DNA of 59,864 bases, filler included, from Sphacelaria rigidula (lineage: Eukaryota), in the NCBI GenBank assembly GCA_964200075.2. It is 9 parts of 9 records of this genome, joined end to end, with 100 filler letters (N's around TTAATTAATTAA, not from the genome) between each part and the next. Parts side by side here need not be neighbours in the genome. Positions count along the whole stretch, not along the records: positions 1 to 6,563 come from CAXNAA020019326.1; positions 6,664 to 13,226 come from CAXNAA020019327.1; 7 more parts are not named here. The stretch is one strand, 5' to 3'. Below, piece after piece: positions 1 through 10,248 of this stretch (position 1 is the first letter of the stretch; every line of letters starts with the position of its first letter). Position numbers and translations under genes: made by a program. The notes beneath the pieces were generated by a model. The model made no database searches. It was not told the DNA's origin and worked only from the letters and a program-made list of their open reading frames with translations.

Positions 1-11
1 CGAAGGAGGTA

Positions 12-1043
12 ATGGTGGACATACGAAACAAGCGGTGCTCGCGCAAGGGCTGCTCGACTAAGCCTTGTTTTGGGCTCGAGGGCACCCGAACGGCCGAGTT
101 CTGCTCGCAGCATGCAAAGGATGGGATGGTGGACGTGTTGACCAGGCGATGTCGTCACGACGGTTGCTCTAAGCACCCTGCGTTCGGTTTGCGAGGTGGA
201 GGTAAGGCGCTCTACTGTCGAAAGCACGCCACGGATGGGATGAGAGCCGTGAAGCAAAGGTGTTACCACGAGGGCTGCTGGAAGTCACGGACCCACGGAT
301 GGAAAGGGTCCAAATCGCCGCGATTCTGTGCACAGCATGCCGAGGAGGGCATGTCTAATGTGGTGGCCAAAAAGTGCCTCCACGACGGTTGCTCCGTCCT
401 TCCTACGTTTGGACTCCCGGGCACCCGACAACGGCAGTTCTGCACCCGGCACGCCCTAGACGGTATGGTTCACATGGCGCAACGAAGATGTTCTCACGAG
501 GGCTGCAGTAAGTTCCCGTCGCTGGGGATCAAAGGAAGCAGAAAAGCGGAGTTTTGCGCACAGCACGCCAAGGACGGCATGGTGAGCGTGAGTGGTACGA
601 TCTGTTCCCACCCCGGCTGTTCCACACGTGCGCGTTTTGTTGCAACGGATGGCCGGAAGGGCAAATTTTGCAGTCTGCACAGACAGGACAGGAAGAGTGA
701 CGTAGGGGCGCGGACGACGCGCGCTCCCGGGCTCGGCCGTCATTCGGAGGAGCCGAAGACGCGTGCGGAGAAGGTGAAGCTGGAGATTGCTTCGCCGGAT
801 TCCGTAGAGAACGGTGAAGATTCAGGCGCTTTTGCCGGGATCAGAAAGCGTAAATCCGACCCGGCTGCGCCTGTAACGAGCGTCACCGTTGACGTACTCG
901 AGAGCCTTACTACGAAGCGAGTCCGCACGGCTCGTGCGTCTAGGGTGTCGGCGCGACTCGCCGCTCGGTCTCCCGAGGTTGGTGTCTCCCTTGCTGAGGG
1001 CAGAGCCAGCGTAAAGAGAGAGGTTTCTGTTTCGCGTCATTAG
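12..1043 (+). CDS. EsV-1-7 cysteine-rich repeat protein (six C-x4-C...C-x2-H repeats plus a basic low-complexity C-terminus); frame is open back to the window edge, so possibly 5'-partial
   Basis: 343-aa ORF with six ~38-aa repeats such as RCSHEGCSKFPSLGIKGSRKAEFCAQHAKDGMV, matching the EsV-1-7 repeat of phaeoviruses and brown algae. RKRK and KRVR are NLS-like. Confidence 0.9.
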   Translation: MVDIRNKRCSRKGCSTKPCFGLEGTRTAEFCSQHAKDGMVDVLTRRCRHDGCSKHPAFGLRGGGKALYCRKHATDGMRAVKQRCYHEGCWKSRTHGWKGSKSPRFCAQHAEEGMSNVVAKKCLHDGCSVLPTFGLPGTRQRQFCTRHALDGMVHMAQRRCSHEGCSKFPSLGIKGSRKAEFCAQHAKDGMVSVSGTICSHPGCSTRARFVATDGRKGKFCSLHRQDRKSDVGARTTRAPGLGRHSEEPKTRAEKVKLEIASPDSVENGEDSGAFAGIRKRKSDPAAPVTSVTVDVLESLTTKRVRTARASRVSARLAARSPEVGVSLAEGRASVKREVSVSRH

Positions 1044-1492
1044 GCAGAAGACGGCTCGTTATACAGCAGTATCATGGAGAGCGAGGGGCCCCATATCGGG
1101 AAATCCATGAGCTACCCCCTCACCCCCCCCCTTCCCAGCCGCGGTCGAGAATGAGGAGAATGCCAAATCCATTTGGGAAAAACCTCACTCTTCCTATTTC
1201 TCCACTAGGATACGGAATTGAACGATCATTTAGATATCTCCAGGTTCGCCTCAACGTGAGCAGTCCAAAACCGAGGAGTTTTGGTGTGTCAGTTGTCATT
1301 GTGGCGATCGGGGAGCAATGTGCCGGCTTGAAAATGACTTTGGGGTCGTGGTGATCACTGGATAATGAATGCCGAGTCCCGCTGGCTTTTGCAAGACCGG
1401 TTGTTATTACCGACTTGACACTATCCGATCGCAGTGATACAGCCGCCATGTTAAGGAGGGCGATGTACGACGAACAGTTCTGTACTGCCACT

Positions 1493-1855
1493 GTGTTTTG
1501 TTGTGTGTACTATTTCATATATTCTCGGCGCCGGTCAACATATATCGGTATATGTGGGCGCACCAGCCGGGGTCACACAGGAAGGTGAACACAGGAGCTT
1601 TTTCTTTTTCATTTGTTTTTAGTACCCCACCGTCTTTCTGCGGTGCATGCCTTTATTTTTTATTGCGAGAGGAGTTCAGCAGTCCCTTCCCCTGGTCGAC
1701 CGTGAGGTCGAATTTTGTATACCCACGACATGGTCGCTCTCCACTGTTGGACATTGTGTGAAAACAAATCTCAGATCGCTCCGAGAATTGAATCCACGAC
1801 CCAACTTTCAGAAGGTTCCGAGGTTACCAACTGAGCAACTTAGGCGACCGGGTTT
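1493..1855 (-). mobile_element. tRNA-derived SINE, family 1 (near full length)
   Basis: Minus-strand 5' head has A-box-like TTGCTCAGTTGG and B-box-like GGATTCAATTCTC. The body core GTGTGACCCCGGCTGGTGCGCCC recurs at ~2420, ~33840 and ~36390. CA-rich 3' tail. Confidence 0.65.
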
Positions 1856-2419
1856 ACTGAATGACTGGAACGTACATGCAGCACTCGTAAGTTGACTGTG
1901 TGGTGTTACCAGCCGATACGAAAATGTTCTGATATTACGGACGTGCACAATGTGCGAGTTGCAGAGAATGACGTACTTGACCCGCGTTTGGGCAGACAGC
2001 CGTGTTCGTACAACGCCTGTATCTACATATCGCAATTGATACTGCACTGCGATACACGAGAGGGAGAAGTTGCGAAGAGGAATGTTATGGCCGTGGCGTT
2101 GCAAAAAAGAATATCCAACATCGGGTTAGCGGCAGCTCCAATTTTCAAATTGGTTGTTGTCTCAGGCTATTCCAGATTCGGCTGTAGATTTCTGTGACAG
2201 AAAACACTCTCGTGTTTTTCGGCACACTTTTGACAAACAAGCAGAACTTTTTGAAAAACTGCTAGAACCATGACCTCAATGTCTTGAGTGCAGGCCAGTA
2301 GATTCAATACAAGATACTTTTGCAGTGGTGTATGGAGCAAAGACTACTACACTCAACGCCAGACAACGCGGCAGTATGCAGTGTTTTTTAGTTTCAGAAC
2401 CTGAACACGGACCTGCTGT

Positions 2420-2510
2420 GTGTGTGACCCCGGCTGGTGCGCCCACATATACCAAAATGTCTAGACCGGCGTCCAGGATGGATGAGTCGAGAACATACAC
2501 ACACGCACAG
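2420..2510 (+). mobile_element. SINE family 1, 3' fragment
   Basis: gtgtgaccccggctggtgcgcccacatatacc matches the reverse complement of ~1545-1580; ends in an ACAC tail. Confidence 0.55.
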
Positions 2511-2965
2511 TGTGCATACAAATGCCGCACAGCAGACAGCAGACAACCTGTAGCCTGCCGATGTGGGGGGGGGTGGTGTTGCTCTATTGCAGCGGAAGCT
2601 TCGAAACTCAACAACAAAGGAAAGAGGCAGATGTCCGCAACAGCAGCTGCCCAAAGTGGAGATGACTGACTAGTACCGGAAACAGAGCGCACACTACTGA
2701 CGGCCCGGAGCGGAAGGAAGAGATCGTTGATCGGGGTGGGGATGGGGTTATGGGCAGAGACGATCGGCTGCGTACATTTAGTCGGGGTGAGCCGCACGCA
2801 GCATGGTCTTACTCTGTGGTGTTTATGGTCTATGTTACCGTGCCTTCGTCGTTCGGATGGGATATCAGCCCGTACAACATGTTTATATACCATACTTTTC
2901 TCCGTTACATTGCAGTTTTGAGTACGTGTTCTTCGAAGTGAATTGAACTTAGTACAGCCTTGACC

Positions 2966-3485
2966 CTCGCGGGTTGTCAGCGTGTTGCTTCATTGTCCTT
3001 CGCTCGGCAGTATCATGGTAGCTCTTTACCCCATGAGAACAGCACAGGGCAGGGTCGATGGCGAGTGCGTTAAACTGTGTGTATTTTGCACAGACAGCGT
3101 TATCGCTCGCATTTCAGGTCTATGCATGCAGCGTGATGCGAGCAACACTCGCGATGCAGTACAGACTGCCCACGCACCCAAGACTTGAAGAGACAGGACC
3201 GTACTGACCGTACACACAAGATCACAAAATAAGCAGTAGTGCTACTGCTGTAGTATCTACAGGGCTTGGGAGCCTGGGCAGTCTGTACTGTATTCGAGTG
3301 CTGTTTGCAACATGCATGCAGACATGAACTGAGCTACATTGCTGCGCAGCCAACCTATATACAGAGTGTCTGTCAGCACTCGTCATGGACACTGCCCTAT
3401 TTTGTTCTCATGGGGGTAAGGGGTAAGAGCCATCACGCTACTGGCGAGCGAAGGATAATGAAGCAAAACGCTGACTGCCCGCGAG
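2966..3485. repeat. Degenerate long inverted repeat (arms ~2966-3182 and ~3265-3485)
   Basis: ctcgcgggttgtcagcgtgttgcttcattgtccttcgctc pairs with gagcgaaggataatgaagcaaaacgctgactgcccgcgag; gcagtacagactgccc pairs with gggcagtctgtactg. Confidence 0.75.
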
Positions 3486-3531
3486 CACCAGCAACGGCAG
3501 TGATGATGGCAGCCAAGCTATCACTACAAAC

Positions 3532-3830
3532 AGGGTTTTTGTGAGATTGAGGGTAGAGGATACGATTGAGAGTGAACAGCGGTCAATTAGTGCATTAACC
3601 GTTTCAGTTCCGGAATGCCCTTCCACGAGATCCAGTATGCTTTCTGTAGTGGCTTAGCTTGCCACTGAGGCCCTTGATATCCTTGAGTGTGATATTGATG
3701 TGCAGCTTGTAGCACACGCCAGTGATGGAGGGGAGAAAAAGCGCATACAGAATGAATAATTGGCTGGGTTGAAGCGAACGAATAAAGCCACTCCCAATCA
3801 GCGCTCACTCTCAATCTCATGAAAAAGTTT
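3532..3830 (-). mobile_element. Diverged MITE copy, same family as 5714-6019, opposite orientation
   Basis: Starts gtgagattgagggtagaggatacgattgagagtga and ends actctcaatctcatgaaaa; internal sequence is a diverged reverse complement of 5800-6000. Confidence 0.7.
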
Positions 3831-4429
3831 ACAGCCAATGAATACAATACAGTACTGTTTCGTGTACTCTTGTCCGTGCTTTCCTTTCAGTCAAGTACTA
3901 CCGTGCAGTGAAAAGCACAACCGTCACTTCTACAGTTAGTTACTAGTACAGCAAGGCGGTGTTCGTATCGATCGTCTTCCGTCACGCAGCCCACCATNNN
4001 NNNNNNNACGGACCGTACACCACGACACGACAGCAGAGTGCTGCGTCGATCTCGCGCGCCCCAGAATTTGAAATTATGCCTGTACACCTTATAGAAAACG
4101 ATGAGCACCGCGTTTCCAATTTTGACAGCGCGTCGATATCGTGACAAAGGCTACTTTGAAAATTCATGTGGAAAATCGCGCTGTTGAGAAACTGCTTTTC
4201 TGACAGCGTGTTTTTTATACATATGTAGCCTTGAATGTGGTCGAGATGATAATGATGTTGTGAATGTGACGTGTGGTGGGGAGAGCGCGAAGTTTTTGCA
4301 TTAGTACCATACTTATATACCATGGTCCTTCAAACTCACTAGTGTTTATTGCATCACCATCTTCCAGGATTTTCGAATTCATTGCATACTTGAAGTTTCA
4401 CCACTGTATGTGACGTGTTCATGACCTTT

Positions 4430-4720
4430 CATGTAACGTGTAACGTAACACATAACGTAACGTGTAACGTGTAATGGTCCATTACACGTTACATAAAACG
4501 TTTTATGTTACGTGATTTGAACGTTTGGGCAATTAAACGTTCACGTTACGCTACGTATGTCACGTGGAAAAAAAGTAGTGTTACGTGAACGTTTCACTTA
4601 AAAATTTAACGTTACGTTCACGTTACGTTCATCACGTTAGAAAAAAATTACGTTCACGTTACGTTTCGGCCAAAACGTAATGTGAACGTTACGTGTAACG
4701 CTGTGGCACGTGTAACGTGT
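4430..4720. repeat. Low-complexity array of quasi-palindromic GTAACGT/ACGTTAC motifs
   Basis: Many interspersed gtaacgtg, acgttac and gaacgtt motifs on both strands. Confidence 0.7.
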
Positions 4721-4874
4721 AGACCCCAAAAAAAAATTAACCTGACCCACAATCTTTTGTTAATTATGCCTTAGAGAGCGCCTACATAAGATTTCAATAC
4801 ACAAACACCAAACGGGGGCCAGTAACTGGTCTTCACAATACTGTTCCGAATTTCTTTTGACCCTGTCACTAAAC

Positions 4875-5144
4875 GGCCCATTATACGGTCAATACTTGGA
4901 ATTGGACCCTGAGATTTGGTACGGACAATGAGTAGGGCATAATAAAAAATATTACTGGCGTACACAAGTTTTTGTTTTTTTTCATGAGTTAAGGGTAATA
5001 ATCAGTTTTCAGATATCGGTAAAAGGCCCCTGACTCATGAAAAAAAAAACTCTCGTGTACGCCAGCATTTTTTTTTATTATGCTCTACTCATTGTCTATA
5101 CCAAATTTCAGGGTCCAACTCCAAGTATTGCCGTATAATGGGCC
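4875..5144. repeat. Hairpin-forming inverted repeat (~120-bp arms, ~30-bp loop)
   Basis: ggcccattatacggtcaatacttggaattggaccctgagatttgg pairs with ccaaatttcagggtccaactccaagtattgccgtataatgggcc. Confidence 0.85.
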
Positions 5145-5259
5145 TGCAAACTGCAGCATCGTTTTTCGGCTGGCCCAGCTCCTAAGTAAATACTCATAAA
5201 CGATTGTTTTTTTTAATTCCACCTAGTCGCTGCGCTAAAGCAGGAACACCATGACACCC

Positions 5260-5700
5260 TCCTGATAAACGGGGTCTTTACCCGGTATCGCCTCCACTAC
5301 ACCAACTTGGGCGATTGTGATTTGAGCACGGTTTGCCTATTTTGCCGAAATTATCGACGCTAGCACTTTCGAGTGCTCATGGAAATTGTTATGCGAAAAC
5401 AAAACGAAATTAGGCCATCCGCAGAAAATGCCAGACTGAGGTCTGTGCAGTATAGGAGGGAAACACGGTCTCGATCGTTATTGTGAAGACATTTTCACGT
5501 CTTCATTTATCTGAATATATGCCGTTTCGTCGCTGAAGAACGGGAAAACTGCTTATATTGGACCAAGAACGGTTAATAACACCGTCCTGATAAACGGGGT
5601 ATCAAGTCCGTAGCGCCCCCAAAACACCAACTTGAGCGCTGCAGTTTGAGCGCGGCCTACGCTTTCTCCCCAAATCTACCGGCGCTAGCACTTTCAAGTA
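5260..5700 (+). repeat. Diverged ~115-bp direct repeat (5260-5375 and 5586-5700)
   Basis: Both copies read cctgataaacgggg...acaccaacttg...cgctagcactttc. Confidence 0.65.
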
Positions 5701-5713
5701 GTAGTGAACAATG

Positions 5714-6019
5714 AACAACGTTTTCGTGAGATTGAGAGTAGAGTACTGATTGAGAGTGACCCCGGTAATTCGCTTTAACCTACGAGTAGCAAATTTTTCG
5801 TTCCGTATGTGCTTTTCTTTGCCTCTATCACTAGCGTGTGCTCACAGCTACACGTCGATATCCTACTCAGGGCTACCAAGGGCCTCAGTGGCGAGCTGCT
5901 ACAGAAAGCATATCAGGCCTCGTGGAGAGGCATTTCGGAACTGAAACGACTCATTCACTCATTGACCGCTTTTCACTCTCATTCGTATCCTCTACTCTCA
6001 ATCTCACGAAAACGTTGTT
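5714..6019. mobile_element. ~306-bp MITE with ~30-bp perfect terminal inverted repeats
   Basis: AACAACGTTTTCGTGAGATTGAGAGTAGAG at the left end, CTCTACTCTCAATCTCACGAAAACGTTGTT at the right end; non-coding; second copy at 3532-3830. Confidence 0.85.
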
Positions 6020-6563
6020 AATAGTACTCCAGCAAAACTAAAAAAAAAAAAAAAACTACGAGTTCTGAAAACTTCTGATGCTGACTACTGTACACTTGAA
6101 CACCCAGTTAATATGATGTTGTCCATGCCGCAGCAACAGCCATCAACTATCAACATATTTTTGTTCAAGAAATAGCCCCGAAGAAGTACCCCAAGAAGAA
6201 ATAAATTCACGATTCCCTGTAGTTTGAAGCAAAAAACTTATCGCCGCCTACGTTTACAGCATCCTGCCTTATAGAGTACAGTACAACAAAAGAAGTGTGA
6301 TCGGTGTTGGACTCACTTTTTATGGCAACGAATCTCGAGTTGTAAAAATATGGGGATTTCATTCCGTCTACAAGCGATTTTCTGCCGTGGATTGATTTTT
6401 CGGACTCCAGTCGGTTGGGCGCAGTGTTTCCAGGGATCTGCACGGATTAAGAATAAATCCGCGGAGCGGATTATTACGGTGCGGTTTGTCAATCCGCACC
6501 GCTCCGTGGCACTTGTAGGGGGCGGATATCCGCTCCGTGACAATTAAAAAAAAACGCTCCGCT

Positions 6564-6663
6564 NNNNNNNNNNNNNNNNNNNNNNNNNNNNNNNNNNNNN
6601 NNNNNNNTTAATTAATTAANNNNNNNNNNNNNNNNNNNNNNNNNNNNNNNNNNNNNNNNNNNN
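6564..6663. other. Artificial 100-nt linker (N44-TTAATTAATTAA-N44); same linker at 13227, 19890, 26553, 33216, 39879, 46541 and 53203
   Basis: Stop-in-all-frames linker recurring at 6662-6663-bp spacing. Confidence 0.97.
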
Positions 6664-6962
6664 AAGCTCAGAAGGCTTGGCTAGCAAGCTAGTCCCGGGC
6701 TACGTGCGATCGACGCTAGCATGAGCAGCCGCCTGCGTCAGGGTTTGAAAGAAAGACGGACGGTAGTTTTACGACTATGTCAAGATTATCGTGGACTGAA
6801 CCAACTTCTTGAGTCGTACAGCGGCAGCTGGAGGGATATGTAGACCATGTATAGTGGGCTAGCAGAATCCAAGTACTCTAGGAGTGTTGATTTAGCGAAT
6901 GGGGTTTTCAGTTGAAGTTGGAGGAAGTATTTTGGAAGCCAAAGAGTTCGTAGAAGTGATAC

Positions 6963-7750
6963 GCTGATGCGGACTGGACGGCGTTGGATTGTGTTGGAGT
7001 ATATCAGATTGGAGAGGGAGTCAGGCTGGTACATACGAGTCCGGGGCACGGTTCTTTCCACAACCTTGTGGAAGAAGTGCAGCCACAAGTGTTGGTAGGG
7101 GATTCAAGTCGGGTTGCACCATTCGAATGGGCCGAGCCGGAGTCAGCATCAGCCAGTGCCGTCAAAAAGTTGGTCGAGTCATTCCTCTCACCAACCTCTG
7201 TGACAACGCTGATCTTTGAGAGTACTGCTGTGATGGTGCGCTCTCCTGGTGAGAACGAGCTCGTTGCTCCGTGTTGAGCGGAGCTGGGGGTCTCACTGAG
7301 CAGGCCTCAGTATCAGCCGTGCAGGTGGGCGCACCGTATCGGAAAAGGCGGACCTATGTGGTCGCCTTGAAAGCTGATCGTCGGAGGGAAGGACAACTGC
7401 GAGCGTGGAAGCAGCGAGTGAAAACGTACACCGTCGTCTGCCCCACGTTGGGTTAGCGATTAGGGCGGACAGGAATTTATTTTTCTGGTGCCGACAGGAC
7501 AGGGAGAGGCGATTCACACTTCCGAGAATCCGATGCCCATATTATTTCGTTCTCAGCTGACGAAGGGAAACCCAAGGCGCGAGGAATCCAGACCCCGTGG
7601 AGCGGACGAAGGTGGATACGAAGAAGCAGTCGAGCTGAAAAGAGACGATTTCGTGAAAGTTGCGACTACTCTCGACTGTTACGAGATACCACCCCGTGAA
7701 TTAACGACACCATACCAAAGGTTGTGGCTAATTTCGTTCACCCGTAGATG
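6963..7750 (+). pseudogene. C5 cytosine-DNA-methyltransferase-like domain remnant inside Ty3/Gypsy pol
   Basis: Ordered motif-like blocks: ADADWTALDC (II/III-like), QPQVLVGD (IV-like, no PC), LIFEST (VI-like), LSGAG.LTEQASVSAVQVGAPYRKRRTYVVAL (VII/VIII-like), ELKRDDFVKVATTLDCYEIP (IX-like). Frameshifted; recognised by eye only. Confidence 0.5.
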
Positions 7751-8043
7751 ATGAAGGCGGTTCCATCAAGTGGAAGCGGAAGTTTTGTTCAGCCTGACTC
7801 ATATCCAGGGTGAGGTTGAGGATTTGAACACGCTCGCTACGATGTAGCCTCGTGACGAAGCAGAGTTACCAGAGGCTTGGGGAGCCGCTGTAACTCGTTC
7901 GTCGGTTCAAGAGGCAGAACGGGAGTCAGACCAAGACCCTTGTGGGGGGGAGGCTCCACCTGAGGAGCCACGGATACCAGGTAAAGGTAGCCCTCAGACT
8001 GTTTTCGAGCAGGCGAGAGCGATTCTGATGAAGAGCAATGCTA

Positions 8044-8279
8044 CGGTAGGGGGTGCACTTTTTTCGCGAAATTTGGTCTGGTTCAGGGGCTCCTTACGAC
8101 TCTAGATGCACAAGAATACGGGTCAGGGTATCCCCGTTTGCAGATTTATTCGGGATATCCCCAGCACATTGGAATAGTAATCCTGGTGTACTCTCGCATA
8201 TTTTTTTCACTCGTGTTTTGGATGAGATAAGGGGCTCCTAACAATTATAATCTCAGAATTTATTTCTCTACCACTACCG
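8044..8279. mobile_element. 236-bp Tc1/mariner-type MITE inserted into the family A pol
   Basis: TA|CGGTAGGGG...CCACTACCG|TA: short TIR with a TA duplication. Removing it restores the pol frame ILMKSNASITLNKQRL. Confidence 0.65.
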
Positions 8280-9759
8280 TAGCATCACTCTGAACAAGCA
8301 GCGACTAGCTGCAAGAGCGGGACTCCCGGCTTGAGGCTATCAGGGATAGGTAAATGTTGGAGAAAAGGCCGAAGGTACAGGTAGGAGGCAGGAAGCGTAC
8401 GTTCCAAAATGATGTTCTTGTATGGTATACCTCACCTAGGGCGCCAGGTAAGTTGGATACTAAGTAAGTTGGCTATTCCACGCAGTCTAGTGCCTTGCCT
8501 GCTCGCGTAGGTGCACACTACGCATGGGTACGCCGGAGTGATGAAAACGACTGTAGGGGTCAACGCACGCTATGAGTGCCCCGGTCTTTTCGCCGATACT
8601 CGCACACACGTGCTGTCTTGTGGATGTCACCGACGCAAACGTACTAATAGTCGCACCATAATGGTGCGACCCGCCCGCTTCTTGTAGTTCTGGGAGATGA
8701 TGTAGATGAACATATCGGACATAAAGCAGACTTCTACTTCTGGTAAAACGTACTTGTTGGTTGTTATGGATCGAGCAACCAAGTTCTCTTTGCTCTTTCA
8801 CTAGCAGCCCAAGGTTACTGAGCACGTAGTTAAGGGTCTGCTGGAACTGTTCTTGATGCTCGAAACGCCCTATTTCCTTTGAAGTGACGCTGGGGGGGAG
8901 TTCGGTTTAGCCGAGCTATGTGAGCCGTGTCTATAATGGGATGACGAGTATGTGTATCCTGCTGTATGGATTCACCATACTACTTCCGACCAGTCACTGC
9001 CGCATAGCTCAACGCGATTAATGCTGCTTTTGAGCGTGTGCCTGGCACCCAAGTCGACTCTGTGTCACCTGAAGCAGAATCCCTACCGTTGAATAACACG
9101 GTAGAGCAACAGCGACAAACATTGAAGGACTTTCATGAGCTGTTAACCCAAAGCCACCGGGGTAGGGAAGAGGTATAAAATATGATGCTAGTCAAAGAGT
9201 CTGACAGCTCCCTTCTGAACGAAGATGTACCGGCCAAATTTGTACATGACTTATAGACTGGGCCGGGGACGGTGCAGCAGGGGGTGGTACCAGGTCTCAA
9301 TCTTGAGGTCAAAATGCAGGTGCGTAAAGTACAAGAGCGAACGGTATTCGCGGCCAACGTGGAGAAATTTCATGTACACCTAGAACAGCTGCAGCATTCA
9401 GGTCCAGGCGAGGTCTGTTAGCTAGCTTGGGAGGGCACATTTAGGGTCGGCTGAGGACATCACGTCCACACCTCTACTATATACTCTGACGGATGGGAAA
9501 GCAGTGCTGAGCCCAGGATCGTCGTGAGTGTGGGAACATCAACGATTGTTTCACGACGGAGCTGAACCACGCTGGCTTTCAGAGGAGAGGTTTTGGACAG
9601 TTTCATTGAGTTACAGTTGGACGTGTTTCATGTCTTGTGGGAATTATATCAACCGCAGACCAGGCCCCGTCCATCCGATACACCATCTCGAGCAGAGAGG
9701 GGCTTAATTGCGCGGTAGATTCCCCGATGTACCAAGATCCGCAAACGGTTTACGGACAG

Positions 9760-10130
9760 CCTAGAGCGGTCAACAAGACCAGGGACTTCTCCGGATTGGA
9801 TGGGGTCGTTTCTGTACGGTGTTTAAATTCCCTACGTGGTCTAACCCGGCAGAGCGGTCAACAACATCAAGGACTTCTCCAGACTGGATGGGATAGTGTC
9901 TGTACGTTGTTTAAATTCCCTACGTGGTCTGACCCGACAGAGCGGTCAACAACATCAAGGACTTCTCTAGACTGGATGGGATCGTTTCTGTACGGTGTTT
10001 AAATTCCCTACGTGGTCTAACCCGGCAGAGCGGTCGACAAGATAAAGGACCCCGCTCCTGGGCGGGATAGAATCGTTCTTGCGCGGTGTTGAAATGCCCT
10101 ATGCGGTATAACCCAGCAGAACGATTTTCA
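9760..10130 (+). repeat. 88-bp tandem array (~4 units) between pol and the PPT of family A
   Basis: aaattccctacgtggtct recurs at 9825, 9913 and 10001, with a diverged unit at ~10092. Confidence 0.9.
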
Positions 10131-10248
10131 AGATCGACGGCTACACCAAGACGCTGAGTACTCGGGAAGAGGGACATGGTAACGCGGCGATCCATCGTGT
10201 GAACCACGTTCAGTCCGAGGGTTTTTCAACCCTAGGACTGAGTGGGGG

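Noticed and set aside
6608..6619. Conserved TTAATTAATTAA motif as a regulatory element
   Set aside because: Synthetic stop linker inside N runs.
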